Assembly: GCA_000708835.1 (NCBI GenBank)
Contig: DF236971.1
Location: 251,838 to 315,837 of the forward strand
Source of the DNA: Klebsormidium nitens
Lineage: Eukaryota > Plantae > Klebsormidiophyceae
Direction: 5' to 3'
DNA length: 64,000 nt
Below, piece after piece: positions 39,101-53,006 of this stretch (the stretch's first letter is position 1; every line of letters begins with the position of its first letter). The notes under the pieces are model-generated. The model saw only the letters and a program-made list of their open reading frames with translations, did not search any database and was not told the DNA's origin. Position numbers and translations under genes: made by a program.

Positions 39101-42100
39101 AGGGGACTACGAAACCGGGAGGTCTATCGGAAAACCGGAGCGCGGCTGGAGAACTTGAGCCCACAAGCGGTTTGAAGTCCCCGGTTGGAGAGGGGCTATT
39201 TAGAGATTCTTCGAACGAAATTGGCGGTTTTCGCTTCAGGGTTTTAGTAGCGGAGGGTTCGACCGCGGCCGCTGCAGCGGCAGCCATGGCTGCAGGTTTG
39301 AAAATCGGGTTACCGTCCGCAGCTTCCGGAAGCCCAATTTCCGGGGAGAAAGGGCGTCTTGACACCCCCCTGAACCTGAGCAGCGAAGCCCAGGTTAAAT
39401 CTTTGGTTAGCCCGTTGGGAACGGGCGCCGACGGGGGGTTTAAAGAAAATGCGGAAGAGCCGAAACTGCCGCGACGGGTTTCGAGACACGAGTCTTCAGC
39501 GGAACACTCGAGTCGGTCCGAAGAGGACCTGAATCAGCATCCTCTGGTCGAACAGTCAACCCGAGCTAGCGAGTCTAGTGTATCTACCCGTAGTTTTAGC
39601 ACGGATCTAAGAATCGAAGTTGATCAGAACCTCCCCTCCAAGAGCACGCTTGCCGCCTCCCCCAGAAAGCCTCTAGAAAACACTGTAGACACAAAAAAAC
39701 CCGCGCAAGCCCCGCAGCAAAGCGGCCTCGTCGCGTCTCTTAGCCATGCAGCGCACGCCTTCTCCCGGCCCAAACCATACACAGCGTACATACTCCAGAC
39801 GGTAACTAGGGACGGGCGGGTCTGGACGACGGAGCGCCGTTACCGCGACCTCGCCGCGCTCCGCACAGAGCTTGGGCGGGCGTTACCGGGGGCGATTTTA
39901 CCGTTGCCGTTCGCCCAGGTGTCTGCCCAGAAGCGGAACCTTTTCGGGAGCACCGATCCGGACGTCGTAGACCAACGGAAGGAGCTGTTCGAAACGTGTC
40001 TTAACGCGCTCATTGACTCGGGGCCCCCGCTAGCCACCGCCCCTCCGCTCATCAAGTTCCTCTGTGGTTCTGCGTACCAAACCGGGTCAGCCTTAACCAG
40101 CAAAGCTAAACCGGCTTCCGGGGTAGAGGAAGCAGGGGAGGTCATGAGCCCGCGGATGACGTCAGGGCTGACGTCACCTTCGTCAGCCGGGTCCCCGAGG
40201 TCCTCCAAGGGGGAGGACGCAGGTGGGGCTTTGGGTGGCGGCGGGCTCGGTGCGGCCGAAACGGGTCCGGCTGTGCTCGGGAGTTCGATCCGCTTGATCG
40301 TGGACCTGCCGGGGAAGCGATCTGTGAGCCGGCAATTGCAAGTAAGGACCTTATGCGGGTTTGCTTTCTTTCTGATAGTCTGCAATCACCAATCTGGATC
40401 TGGTACGGCTTCCAAGGTCGTTCCTGTCTCCTTCAGTTGCGCTCGAAGTCTGTGCATTCTCTTTCCTTACACTGCGAAGTCCGGGATAGATTGAGCTTTG
40501 CTGTTGGACTGGTCTGCCCTAATTTCCGTCATAGACAACCTATTGCCTGTCATAGACCAACTTTTGCGAGAGTCTCCGCAAGTCAGGCAGTAAATACCTC
40601 CTCAGCCCGCTGAAGTTTTACTTTCTGCTCCCAACTCTCCCTCTTATCGCCGTCCTCTACAAGCTGCTAACTGTCTCTTCTCCAAGACGCCCCGGTCCTT
40701 AAGGCGGCTTATCCGCAGCCAAACTAGCCCGTAACCCGCTCGCTAACACGGCCCCTAACCCTGTCTGTCGCCTGCCCCGTCAGGCCCAGCACAATGCGTG
40801 TACGGACCGCAGCCACTCCTCCGAGCCTTCACCCCCCTCTACTTAAAGCACCTTACTTATCTGCTAAACCTCTTGTTTCCTTTCGGACCCTTTTCTGCAT
40901 CGAGTTTTCTGTCTACTCCCCTGCTCTTGGGCTCAGCGGGCGCATGTACGGGCTCCTACAATCGTTCCTTCCCGCCCCCGCCCTTCTCTGGACTAGCCCG
41001 CTTATGTCATTGTCTGTCCAACTCTCTTCGAACTATCTTCACGTGTGTGTCTAAACAAGGTTATCCCGCTCTTAACCTTCCCCGCTCCCTCTTCTCCAGG
41101 CTCAGCACAACGCGTGTGCGGGCTGCTACAAACCGTTCCCTCCCGCCCCCGCCCTCCTCAGCTGGACGAACCCGGCGGCCCGCTTATGCGAGTACAGCGG
41201 GCAGCTATACTGCGCCGACTGCCACCATAAGGACACCGCCATTCTGCCCGCTTATGTGCTGCAGTACTGGGACTTCCGTCCCCGCAAAGTGTCGCAGATC
41301 GCAAAAGCGTACCTGGACTCTATCTACGACCAGGTGCGTGGTCCGTCCGCTATTCCGGTCTTCCGGTCCGTTCTGATTTTGCCGTTGGGAACGTTGGGAA
41401 GCGTGCTTCGTCCACTTCTTTGCTTCTTTCGTTCCGTTCGGGGTCCGCCTGAAGTCTGTGAGTCTGCCAATCTTTCCGTCATCAGTGATCGAGATTGCAC
41501 CTGGGCTCCTTTTCCGCTTTGCCCACTCTATCGGCGTTCTGCGAGTTGGGTCCTTCGTATCTGTTCCCATATCCGCTGACTGGTGCGTTTCGGCGATTTT
41601 GTGACTCGAAATTGGGACCCTCGTCGCGGTGGCGCACAGGGCCTGTCAGTGCGTGGTATCACGTGGTTCCGCTTTCAAGCCTGATGCTCTGTCGCTCCTG
41701 TTTTCACCCTCAACCTGCGTTCTGGCCTCTTGCTGTTCCATCGTAACCCTGAAAATCCAAACCCTTCTAAAATCTCCAAAAGTGGTGTCAAGATTTCAAG
41801 CACTCCCCTTTCCAGCCGATGCTGTGCGTGAGCGCCGTCAACCCGCACCTCTACTCGCGCGTCCCTGCCTTGGCCCGGGTTAAGGAGCTTCGTCAGCGGC
41901 TGGTCAAGATGGTAACCACCACGGTTAGGCACTGCCCGGCGAAACGGCGGCTGCTTGCGCCAGCGGGTTCGCGGCGGTACCTGCTGGAACCCGGGGACTT
42001 TTTCGCACTGCGTGATCTGGTAGACTTGTCCAAGGGGGCGTTCGCAGGTGAGAATGCGCTCCCATTACCTTGTCGGACTGATTTGTCGTGATTGGCTGCG

Positions 42101-42708
42101 AACTTGCAAGCGAGTGTCGCCTTTTGGAACGGGGTCGGGCTTCCGACTTACCAGGAGGTTCGATAAACAAGTTGCTCTAAAACGGTTGTTGTGGAAATTC
42201 TCTGCCATCTGATTGAGCTCATTGCTTCTAGGACATTCAGGGGGAATGAATTATGAACTTGGGTTGGTCGTGCACAATTCTCGATTTGTGAGAGTCTTCG
42301 ATCTTGGGTTCACCGTCGAAGCCCCTTCTCAGCAGTGGACCCCGGCCCATTAGCTCGCGCGCTGAGGTGCATCTTTAATGCAACTTGTATCGAAGCCAAA
42401 AAACAAAAGTTTGTTGGGAGAAGCTTCAGGAAAGCCTATCAACGACTCCTGCCCAAACCCTTCGTTTGAACATCACCCATCAGCGTTCTGGAACGACTCC
42501 GTCTTTGTCAAAATTCAGGACATGTGCCTTCTTCCTCACTGACCTTGGGAAAGAAGCACAAGTGCATACAATCGAGTATCCAGCCTGAACCACTTCTCTT
42601 ACTGCAGTGCTGCCCGAGATGATGCAAACGCTGACTGAGCGAGTCAGCGCTCACATCGCCTCCGGGTGCGACACATGCACAGAGTTGGAGATTGGAGGCC
42701 CGAGATAA
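33165..42708 (+). CDS. RUN + PX + Rubicon-homology (zf-RING_9-like) domain protein, ~2100 aa
   Basis: Exons 33165(start uncertain)-34395, 34747-37298, 38392-40341, 41100-41333, 41816-42047 and 42608-42708 are in frame. RUN: LCSILEQILQHGLR, ALLRLGL, LYDEIAFV. PX: YTAYILQ..TTERRYRDLAAL..DVVDQRKELFETCL. RH: QHNACAGC, RLCEYSGQLYCADCH, ILPAYVLQYWDF. Confidence 0.88.
37641..38445 (+). repeat. Tandem array (~140-180 bp period, 6 copies including the functional one) of the acceptor plus first ~18 codons of exon 3 (VSGQLYGPLNLDDGYLDM)
   Basis: Copies start near 37641 (partial), 37747, 37908, 38091, 38228 and 38389 (functional). Confidence 0.9.
40781..41006 (+). repeat. Two decayed intronic copies of the start of the Rubicon-homology exon
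   Basis: caggcccagcacaatgcgtgtacg (40781) and gctcagcgggcgcatgtacgggctcctacaatcgttccttcccgcccccgccc...cccgcttatg (40931) match the exon at 41100. Confidence 0.8.
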
Positions 42709-45700
42709 AAGGTAGATCTTGGTTTAGAAAGCCTTCACTGAGTTCAAGGTTTGGAAACCTTCGGCAGAGACGCGCGGCACTTTTCCGATTGAAGTTTCCG
42801 GCCGATAGCCAAGGTTAAGCAGTGTGTCTGTTAAGTAAAATGCTGACGAGGTTTAAAATGCAGTCTTCATTTCCAAGCGCCCTTAGAATGAATCATGGGG
42901 TATGCATGGTTTAATTCTTATGCTCACCTCTTGTGAGTCAACATCGCCTGGGTTGCTGCTATGGTTTTGCTGTGATGTTTGGTACTGCACCTTTACATCT
43001 GCTTTCGTCCCGATGGTGACTGGGTCGGGTGAGGCGGTCCCAAGTGGCATCTGCATCTACCTACTAAATCTTGACCTCAGTTCAACGTGCAAATAAGTCC
43101 GGCGGATTAAGCAGCTCTACAGATGCAGTTGAAATGACTGCAGGACAAGCATGATGCATATTTTCAATACGCTTCAATGTGGGATGGAGATTTATCAATC
43201 ATTTCACACAGCGGCCCGCCGCTTGCCCTCCCGTCACATGTACGCGTGAGCTAGTACATCACATATGTTTCCAAATCATGAACATGGAGTACAGTCGCGG
43301 TAACCATGTTGATTGTGGACAATGCTTAAGCACACTCGAATCATTGGAGCCAAAACATTGGAGTATGCAAGTCTGGGGATGCGCAGAATGCAATTAAAAT
43401 CAGCAAGCCTGATTTTTAAAAAAGCGGGGCCGGTCGCTAGCGTTTCAGCACCCAGACTCAGCTGCTGCCAGAATTGTATGCGAACAATTTCTGAACGGAA
43501 GCTTGTGGCTGAGAGCTCGCCGCATACCCGTTGATTGCATGCGGGCCACGGATCACTGAGTGAAGAGCTCAACAAAATGCACTATGTGCTTAATTCGCCA
43601 TGCAATAGTAGGCAGTACATAAGCGGTTGATTCAGGCTAATTGAAGGAACGTTGTGGTCTGCTCACTGAATCCATTGTGAAATCGCATCAAAATTCACAG
43701 CAGGATCGGACTCATATGACAGATCAAATAATGTTCAAAATGTGAACGGAACATGCAGGCATTATGACCAAAAGACCAAAGCCCCTTCTGGCCGTCCTCT
43801 TTGCATAGATCAGATGAAAGCTGTTAAGTTTTACATGAATCAGGACCTCTCGAGGAAAATTGAAAGAGATGGATGTTCCCCAGCTAGCATCATGTGCACT
43901 GGAATTGACAGTGAGATTCGAAGTTGCAGTTCAAGGAAGCATTAGAAAGCAAAGTCGGAAAATGGATGCTCAAAATGAAGGCTCCAAAATCTTTCGATGT
44001 GAATCTGCTGCAGGATTTTTCATTATCTTCGCCTCTTCAGGCTTGGCCCTCTACAAATCCTTAATGATCTTCTATAGTCTGTCCGCATCGATTGGGGACT
44101 GACGCTACTAATCCTTCAGCTCGGCCGGATTCAATGACTCCATATAAATGGTAACCATAACCCAAGATCCAGCCTGAGAAGAGCCGTACACACGGTGATC
44201 TATGACCGTTTCTCCAAACATTTCCGTACGTGAGCGCCGCTGCCCGTTCAAGGAAAGCCCGCTGCTTTACGAGAATCAAGGCCATCTCGATCTCCGACGT
44301 CGCAACTGTTGATTGAGGAGATATTGAAATTGGCCAGCTGCAGATTCTGCTAAGGGCTGTTGACCTTGGTTCGTGTCCAAGCTGTATGCCCACGCCACAA
44401 TTGAGAGATGTGGCCCACGATTTCTTGTTGTCTACTTCATAAATAACATGAAACTGCTCGCTGACCAGGTAGGAAGCACCCTTTCAGCATGTTCACATCG
44501 CGATTTGCATGCTGAAGAAACGTGGATCCCGATTAACGTGAATCTCAGGTTGGACGTACCTTATTTAGTGTCTCTTCCATGTCAGTTTTTATCAGGGCTC
44601 GCGCATCTGCCAGGTCTTGCTGGGTATGAGGTCATCGTTCCGCTTGGGGGTCGGCTTTGCTGTGCGGGGTCCAATGTGCGGGATCCAGGGTGCGGGTGGC
44701 GGGGTGCGGGGCGTCACATGACCTAAGACCGGAGACTGTGACGTGGGAATTTGACAACACGTCTAGTCTGAGGCCGATGATGTTTTGTGTGGCAACATTG
44801 TCTCTTTTTTGAGGGCCTGAGAAACGGACAAAATTGAAACGCTACATGTCACGGAAGGTCAATAAACAAAATGGCTGTAGAAGCAGTAGAAGAGGCCGTC
44901 ACATGTGCATGCGACCATACAAGGCCCTGCGGCATGCCTTTTGGCACCACTAGCAAACTGCCCATAAATGATATACAGCCAGCAATCCCCTTGTTGACTT
45001 GCAGAATGCTTTGGTCCGTTGGGGGTTCGGCTCATGCACTTACGCACAAAAACGAAAGTTCCACCCTCCAGTGTGGTCACAGACAATAGCCCGTAGTACG
45101 GCAGTAGGGGATCGTCTAGATTGTACAGTACACCGGAGGCACCAGCAAGAAGCTGCGCTTTGCATACGAGCTCCCCCGCTAAGATCGGGCCGATGGCAGT
45201 CAGCTCCAGCCAAGGTTGTCCCGGGCGAACCACCACTAGGACTTTCACCTGCAAGACAACAAGGACCTCTGGAAGCTCAAGGAATGTGTATTGGGATATG
45301 AGAGACAGCACCCTTGACTGCCAAAGGCATCTGCCAATCAAGACGTTTGATGAACTCAGGACGTCCGTTTTCTACCCCTTACATTAAAGTCAACGCAGCC
45401 AGCTGATATATAAAAGGCGCGCAAGGTCAGTGAGGATTACCCATGTCAGTGTAATTGCAGTCTCAGCGGCCAGCCGCTTGCTTGGCTGCAGATGCCAAAG
45501 ATCTGACAGTCGTATGTTCAGCTTTGCAATCATCGTTGAGGTTTTACGTGACGTCTGAGTATTACACTTGCCTTCGGTTGCTTGCCGCCCGTTTCCCCCA
45601 CCTTATGCGCTCCAGTCACAGCCGACCACACAAATTTGGCGAGCATCTCCCAATTCCACGTGACATAGGCAAGTATAGCAAACAGGGAAATGGCAAAGAG

Positions 45701-47363
45701 CCATGCCATTGCATAAGTCTGTCGTGAGGCTGGAGACGGAGGTGAGGCAACAGATTGGCAGCTAGCTATTGGTTGGTGAGACCTATTTTGAGGGTTGGAA
45801 GGGGGCAGGAACGAAGGCAGGTGAGAGGGGGGAAGCTGAAGGCGTTGCTTGGGATATATGGTGAGGTTTGCTGGAGAAATGGAGGGGTTGACGGCCAGGA
45901 TCTCGTCAACTGTGGTGTTGTGTGAGCGTGCAATCGATGCCAGCGTATCCTTTTGCTGGACGACAATATATGCGTTGTACCCATTTGACGCTGTCGGTCT
46001 TGGTTGATTCGAGCCAGAGGGATCTGCATGAACAAATGCGGTATGGCGAGCTTCAACATCACCTTGAAGGTGCCTCTCTTGACATAAGCTGAAGGTTTTC
46101 CTTAATTGAACTCTCTTAGAACAAGAGTAGGCAAGTTGCCAGCTTAGAATACCAAGGTCAAAGCCACATGCCCGCCATGTATTTCATCTGTGCAGTCACT
46201 GGGAGTGGTACCTGATCAAGTCTTTGAGAACAAACATGATTGACGAACTTACCTTTTAACACCGCATGAACCCTATGATGCAGAGGAGTCAATCTTTGAC
46301 GATTGCTTGATGAAGAAGGCGCTGCTTGTTGATAACGCCTCTGTCGAAGCAGCCCCGCATCAAGGAACGGCCCACTCCTTGGCCTGCTGGCGATTGTTGA
46401 GCCACTTACAGACCCTGCAATACTTATAGCTGGTGCCGCCCTGACCAACGCCGCCGCCATGCTGCCAACCACTAGAAATCGCTGACCGCATATGCTGTGC
46501 GCTGTAAACGCCCGGTTTGTGCGTCTCCTTGACACTGTGACCTTTAGAATTGATATGAACAACTTCAAAGCCGGAATAGGTAGAAGCCTCCAAAATGCTC
46601 CCAAGGGGCTCCCAACCGCACAGCTAGCACTCCCTGCTCCGGTGGCGCCTACCTGGGCAAAGTATCTCACATGCTGGCTAAAGCCCCGCTCACTTCTGGC
46701 GGCTCATTGCTGCCAAGCCTGCAGGTCGTATGCTCAGCGATAATGCGCTCGCCAATGCGCTGCTAGACACGCATGGGGTGGGCGACGCCCAGCAGGGCTT
46801 CCTGCTTGCCACAGGGCCAGGAGGCGGCACGCGCGTCAGGGCGCCAAACGGGGCACTTCTCCAGCCTTGCGAACCACACTTCGGAAGGCGGCAGGGCGGC
46901 TCCTTGCCTAGTCATCTCACCTCGTCTTGCGTGTGAACAAACCCTCCCTGCACCAGGGGCCGGCCCTCATGGAGATCTGATCGAGCAAGTCCGGCAATTC
47001 CCTGATTCCCTGCAAGCAGCAGTTTGAAATTCAAACCCGACAGAATGCAAGTTGCAGTGCTCGCGCGCAACACCACAGATCGGTCGGCCCAAAGTCCGCG
47101 GCATCAAGACTCTCCGTGCCATCCGACGGCAGGAAAGACTTGGTGGCTTGCATTTTCGCCTGGTTATGCATGGGGTTTGCTGCAAACCGTCCTGCGAACT
47201 TGTTCCCCAGCAGAGAAGAGCGGTTGTGGAATCTCTGAGCTCTTGGAGCTCTTTCGAGCAGGGACACTCTTCTTGTATCATAGAAACCAAGCAATCTTTA
47301 AACATGAGCATCTTGCATTGATCAGTTGCCCGTCTTTTCTTGGACGTTACAAACGGCGTCATT

Positions 47364-50300
47364 ATGGTCACGAACAGCACCGCACTCAGTGCCAGGAGCC
47401 ATCATGCTGCTGCAATTCTCAGCTCACAGCGTTCTGAGACACAAGCGGAATCTCAGAAGCCATTCGTCTCTGCAAAGCTGCGGCTGCATTCATCCATGTT
47501 CGCAGAAATGTGGTGTGGAGTCATTCCTGCTGGCAGGAGAAGACCTTGCAAGTCTGAGAGATCTACTTCCCTGGGGTCCTGCCGCAAGCAACCAAGCAAC
47601 ATGACAAGACAGTGCCAGCAGCTGTGGGGAGGCAGAGGGCAGAAGAGTCGCGTCGGGCGCCTCCAGATGGGGAAGGATGATGTAAGTACCAATAGCCTGA
47701 TGTGGCCTGATGGAAGACACCTACTTCAGAACAATAGGCCCAGAATGAAAGTAATATCAGGAGCAAATGCTGTGAGCGTGCTCTACACAATGCTGTGAAT
47801 AATTGGTGCAGCTTCTTTTTGAAATCCCTGCAAAAGTGCTCACCTGGAAGCTCAGGGTCCGTATGACTCCCAAACTGGACTCGGACTCTAACTGCGGATT
47901 CAACTTGGAACAAAGATCAACGACGCTTTGAAGACCCAATGCTGCATTAGGGGAGAACTACATTCAACACTTCAAGAATGCGTGAGGGACAGTGTGCCCT
48001 TACAACACTTCATTCGGGGCAGCCTCAGGAGCCTGCCTTAGCCTAAACCGACTACTTATCATGGTTTGCTTCAACATCGATAAGGAACTCAGGTGAAAGA
48101 GGACTGTTTCTTGATTCAGAATCTTCATGATCATCAATGAATATGAGTTTTCACATGAACTTTGCCGTCTTACCAACACATTTACAGACTCGTCGTCAAG
48201 ATGCAAAACTTCTAAAAGTCTGTTTCTACTGCTTCAGTACTATCTGGTGGACGCCGATTTATCGTATGGCGACGGCTTCAGCTTTGCGGGGGGTATGTAC
48301 TCCCAAGAACCGGGGCCCTATGAGGAGTGGCAGGAGAGGGGCAAGATTGTTGAGGCGTACGCTCTAAGAGGGGCTAAAGGAGAAGTGAAGGACCCCATCT
48401 TTGGGCTCAAGATGGGGGAGAACTCGCAGACAGGAGAGTCTGGCCTCAGGTTGGTATGCTTCTTCTTATTGGCCGCTTGCAGCTGCCTGGCTGTCAGCCC
48501 CTATCCTCTGGCGCTGCGATGTGACCCTACGGCGCTTAGATTTGTTTGACTCCCCTAGGCTGTGATCCTCTTTGTCTCTTGAGAGGGGCTCCAAACCTCA
48601 CCCACATTTGGCTCCCGGCTCTTGGCAAGTGGAGAAAAGTCAAGCCGCGGATTGTATTGAAAAACGCTAAGATGAGAAAGTTCCAATGCCATTGGTCGCA
48701 AGCATCGGAATATGACCTCTGTAGCGCTCTGATAGCGGCCTTCCCTTCCAGGGGCCCTGCGGAAAAGCATCCAGCAGAATAGATTCACAGTTCCCTGAAA
48801 TTTTTTATCTTTCACGTCTTTTCCAGCCCTCTGCCTCCAATTTTTAACCTCAACAATCTCGAAAAGGCGGCTTCCGGGTGCGTTCGCCTCCTTCCGTCCT
48901 TTAGGCAGCATCTCCTTCAAAGGCCACGGCCCACGAAAAGAGCAATCTCAACTCATGCTATCGTACGTTTGCGTTTCTGCGCAGATGGTTCTATGTTGAA
49001 GAGGGAGAGGAAAGCGCCCCCCCCGTCGTGCTGCTGCATGGGGTGCCGTCACAGGCATACTCCTATCGAAAGGTGCTACCTATTCTGGCAGAGGCAGGGT
49101 ATCGGGTCATCGCACCCGACTGGCTAGGTGAGAAATATAACGTGGGGGCATCGTACTGACTGTCGGAAACCCTGAGCATTCTGCGTGCAGCTTCTCTCCT
49201 GCCAACATGCAGCCTTTTGCTTATTGCAATCAAGAGGCGCTAAGCACTGGAGGTTCGCAAAGTAGGGACAGGGGAAACGAGACGGTTGACGTAGAAGGAA
49301 ATGAAACATATTGGATCGCAGTCCATTGACTGCTCCTCTTCGCCCTGACGAGTCCTTCTGGATCCTTACAAGGCCTTCAGTTCAAAGCCAAGCTTTAGTC
49401 ACGTCTTTCCCCGGGGCTTATTTCGACAACCCGCTCAAGCTTCTAACCGGAGAATACAAGTCCTGAACATGCGTTCGTCTGGTCCAGGTTTTGGCTTCTC
49501 CGACAAGCCCCAGCCCGGCCCCAGCTTTAGCTACGGCCTGGATGAGTACCAGAAAGCACTCGGCAGCTTCTTGGACGCCCTGAGCCTGGAGAAAGTCACC
49601 CTTGTGGCGCAGGTAACGCTCTGACTGATCTCTGCCCTAGACGTTACAACGAGTAGTTGCTCTGTGACGGACGGCCGAAATGCTGAGTTGAGCATCTTCG
49701 CCTTGAAAGAAGGACGAGAAACATAGTCTCTTGATGGCAGTCGGGAGCAGCGCTCCCTGTTTGCAAAAAAGTCCGTAGAAAGTTCCACGTGATGTTAGGG
49801 TGCGCGTCGGCCGAAAGCTGCAAAAGGCTTTTCAGATTTTGTAGCCAATCGGATGCCTTTTTCAGATGACGTGATGTACCAAGGTACATACCAGAGCAGT
49901 AATATGGCTTGAAAAGTACCGTACCTCCTACCTGTCGGTACTACAAAGGCAACCGTTGAGGCCAAGTAGGTTTTTGGTCGACGCGCAGCTTTATGAGCAT
50001 TGGGCCCAAAGATGGTCGATTGCGACCTTTCGAATGACACAAGTTGCGCTTCCAACTCCGTCTGTCGATCTTCGTTACCACCGGTGCCATGTCAAGCCAC
50101 GAAAATGGACGGAAAACAGCGATTTTGCAACCATTCTTTGACGGCCTGCTTTGAGCCCCTTTCACGTTTTCTACTCAACCTTCCTATAAACTCCTCTGGT
50201 CTTTCGTATCTCTGCAATTTCTCCTGGCCATCCCCCGATTTACGTTCTCCTTACCCCCCAGACAGTCTCAAGAATAAAGTTTCGGACGTCCGAGCTTAAA

Positions 50301-53006
50301 TCCTCAAGCTATCTTGGCAGTCAACCTTGGGCAAGGGTTCCCTAGCTTGGTCGGACCTGTCGACCCCGCATGCGTCGAAACTTGCTGATTCCCACCAGGC
50401 ACCGTGCAGGGCCACCTCGCCCCCGCGGCCATTCGATGGGCGACATCTAACCCCGACCGGGTTGAGCGTCTGGTCCTGTTGAACGCCCCGGTGACAAGCC
50501 AACACGCCAAGCTACCGGGCGCCCTCTCGACCTTCTCTACCTTCTTACTAGGCGAGGTCTTCGCTCAGGTAGGTGGTGGCCGACTGAGTTTTCAAACGTC
50601 AGATTTTGGCATTTGACAAACTTTCTTTCGAGAGTTCCAGGTCGTCTGAACGCCTAGCAATTGTTGGAAACTTACCAGAAACCTCAGGAGCTGTGATAAA
50701 AGCTGACGCAGATTCGGGTCTCTTCTTCTCGATTCTTTCTCACTTTGTTGACTAGGCTCTGCATCCTTGGCAGGCTCGAAAGAACGTCGTCGCCGCTTTT
50801 TAAAAACAGACTCCTTAAGGCGTTCACATTCCTTTCAATAAAGGCGGCATGCCAATGTGCTGGTCGGAAGCTGTTGAAAATACTCGGGACACCGGTTGAG
50901 CGCTAACCAACTTCAGTTGTGCCCAAACCCCTCTTCATTATAGGCAGAACCCGTTCGAGGCCGGCAACAGTTTGGTCCGGTAGATCTATCAGGACAGTTG
51001 TAACCAGAAACCGACCAACTCAGAATGCTCACAGATCACCCTTACTGGGGCAACAAGTCAGGTCCGGAAGGAGTTTTCGTCAAACTCCAATTACGTCGCA
51101 ACATCAGGCACCCAAAAACGCGCATCGACTAATTGTTGCGCTTGTAGCATGAGCGGCCGGCGGAGTCTGAACAAGGAAGGAATGAATTATTGTTTTCATC
51201 CGCCGCTTTCAGGACCCGATCAAGGCGAGCGACAGCACGCTCAACAGCTGCGGGCCGTACGTTTTGGACGAGCAGGACGCCATGGTGTACCGGCGTCCGT
51301 ACCTGACAGCTGGCATGGCGGGATTCGCGCTGACAGCTGTCACGCGCGCGCTCAACAAGGAGCTCAAGGTGAGGCTCGGTTTCCAAGGCCAATGTTGTGG
51401 AGGAAAGATGGCAACGAATACACGGCTGCAACGAAGGAAGCAGAATCGGAAGAGAAAGGAAGTTTCAGCAATTAAGTAGAACTTCGAAATGAAAGCATCA
51501 AGCAAGCGACGAGAAACGACTGCTCGGCTACTTGTCAACCCGACAGTATCATCGCTCGACTTCAGGCGCCGGAATGCGGTCTAACATTCAGTAACCCGAA
51601 TGCGGCACAGAGAGAAGACACGGGATTCCAGATCGCTCACGCAGCCTGTTCCGTACCTTGCGCCAGTTCAGAGCCTACCTTTGTACTAACGGGCAATCGA
51701 TGCTTTGCTGCAGGGCGCCATCGAAGTTTGTCAAAAGGAACTGGCCCGGTGGTCTGTCCCGACCACCTTAATGTGGGGCCGTAAGGCGAGTCGCCTCTTC
51801 CAGAACTCCTCTCGGTTTGGTTCCTCTATTTCTATGCTTACGCGCGCAGAAATTACCATTCCAAGCGAGCCGCGAGCTGCTGAAGGCCGGGCGGAATAGT
51901 GGCGCTTTGCAGATGATACAAATTTACTTCACGCTTGGACGCTGCTATTGCAGCTTATTCAAGAGTGGATGAGGTTCCAAGGCTCGCTTTGCCTGAGCGG
52001 TCGGAGAAGAGAGACTTGAACGTTGGGTTCAGTTCCCAGGTCCACTGCTCCTCTATCAGAGTTGGATACACTTGAACGTCCGCTGACACCTGTTCATTGA
52101 GCGTGACCACTTGCCGGTTGTGATTTGGCGCCTTCAGACGGATCCTTCTCACCATCCAAGCCAGTTGGGAATCTGACTGTAGACTTGGTACGTGACAGTT
52201 CCCTCCGCGGCTCTCCGACATGAAAGTTGGACTTCGACAAAGTGACCTCTGCTTGAGATAAAGAGCACAGTCGCATGAGATTCCATTGTTTTGGTGGCTC
52301 GCAATATCAGAGTGGGAAGGACGCTCACGGTCTCACGGATGCTTCGTCTTGCAGGACTACTGGCTCAAGTTCGACGGCGTGCAAGAGTTTGCGCGATCGG
52401 CAAACGTGCCGCTCGTCGAGTTGGATCAGGTGCCTTCTCCTACTACATCCTCTCAATTGTCCACCTTTTGATGTAAGAGCAGCGCTGGAAGTTTTTTTCG
52501 GCCGCTTAGTCTGACCATTGGTTTCGAATTCATCTTACTATTCCAGATCCTTCCCGGTTTGACTGCTCGGAGACAAAGCTGATCGTTGAAGAAAGCGAGT
52601 GACCTTGGAGGTTGCTGTGATCGCTTTCGATTAGATATCGCTCTTATTGTAGACGAAACTGGACCCAATTCGGTGTGTTTCAAAGCCTTCGAGTCCGAAG
52701 TTGGGCGAATCTATCAAGGTCGAGGTCACTCGTTGATGGGACATTCTCCTAGGAGTGCAGTCCTTGTCATATGAAAACCCAGCCGACAAAAGCACACAGT
52801 GGCCAGTTCCAGTCCCGTGCACGGGGTAGATAGTCAAAATCTGAAAGGGCGAGTATGGCTTAGCTGACTCGACAGTTTGCAAAGCCGCAAGGAACGCTTC
52901 TTAAAAAAACGTTTGCATTCATTTGCAGGTGGGCCATCACGCCCAAGAAGATTACGGCGAGGTTGTCGGTGAAGCGTTGCGGATGGAGTTGCGGCGTCAG
53001 GCTTAG
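47364..53006 (+). CDS. Plastid-type alpha/beta hydrolase (haloalkane dehalogenase-like fold), ~445 aa, 9 exons
   Basis: Exons 47364-47681, 48238-48449, 48985-49127, 49488-49612, 50410-50568, 51213-51368, 51714-51785 (GC donor), 52355-52429 and 52929-53006. Motifs LLHGVPSQAYSYR, IAPDWLGFGFSDKP, LGEVFAQDP, DAMVYRRPYLT and GHHAQED. Confidence 0.9.

Noticed and set aside
45405-45420. TATA-like boxes (also 55486, 61509)
   Set aside because: They cannot be tied to a transcription start from sequence alone.
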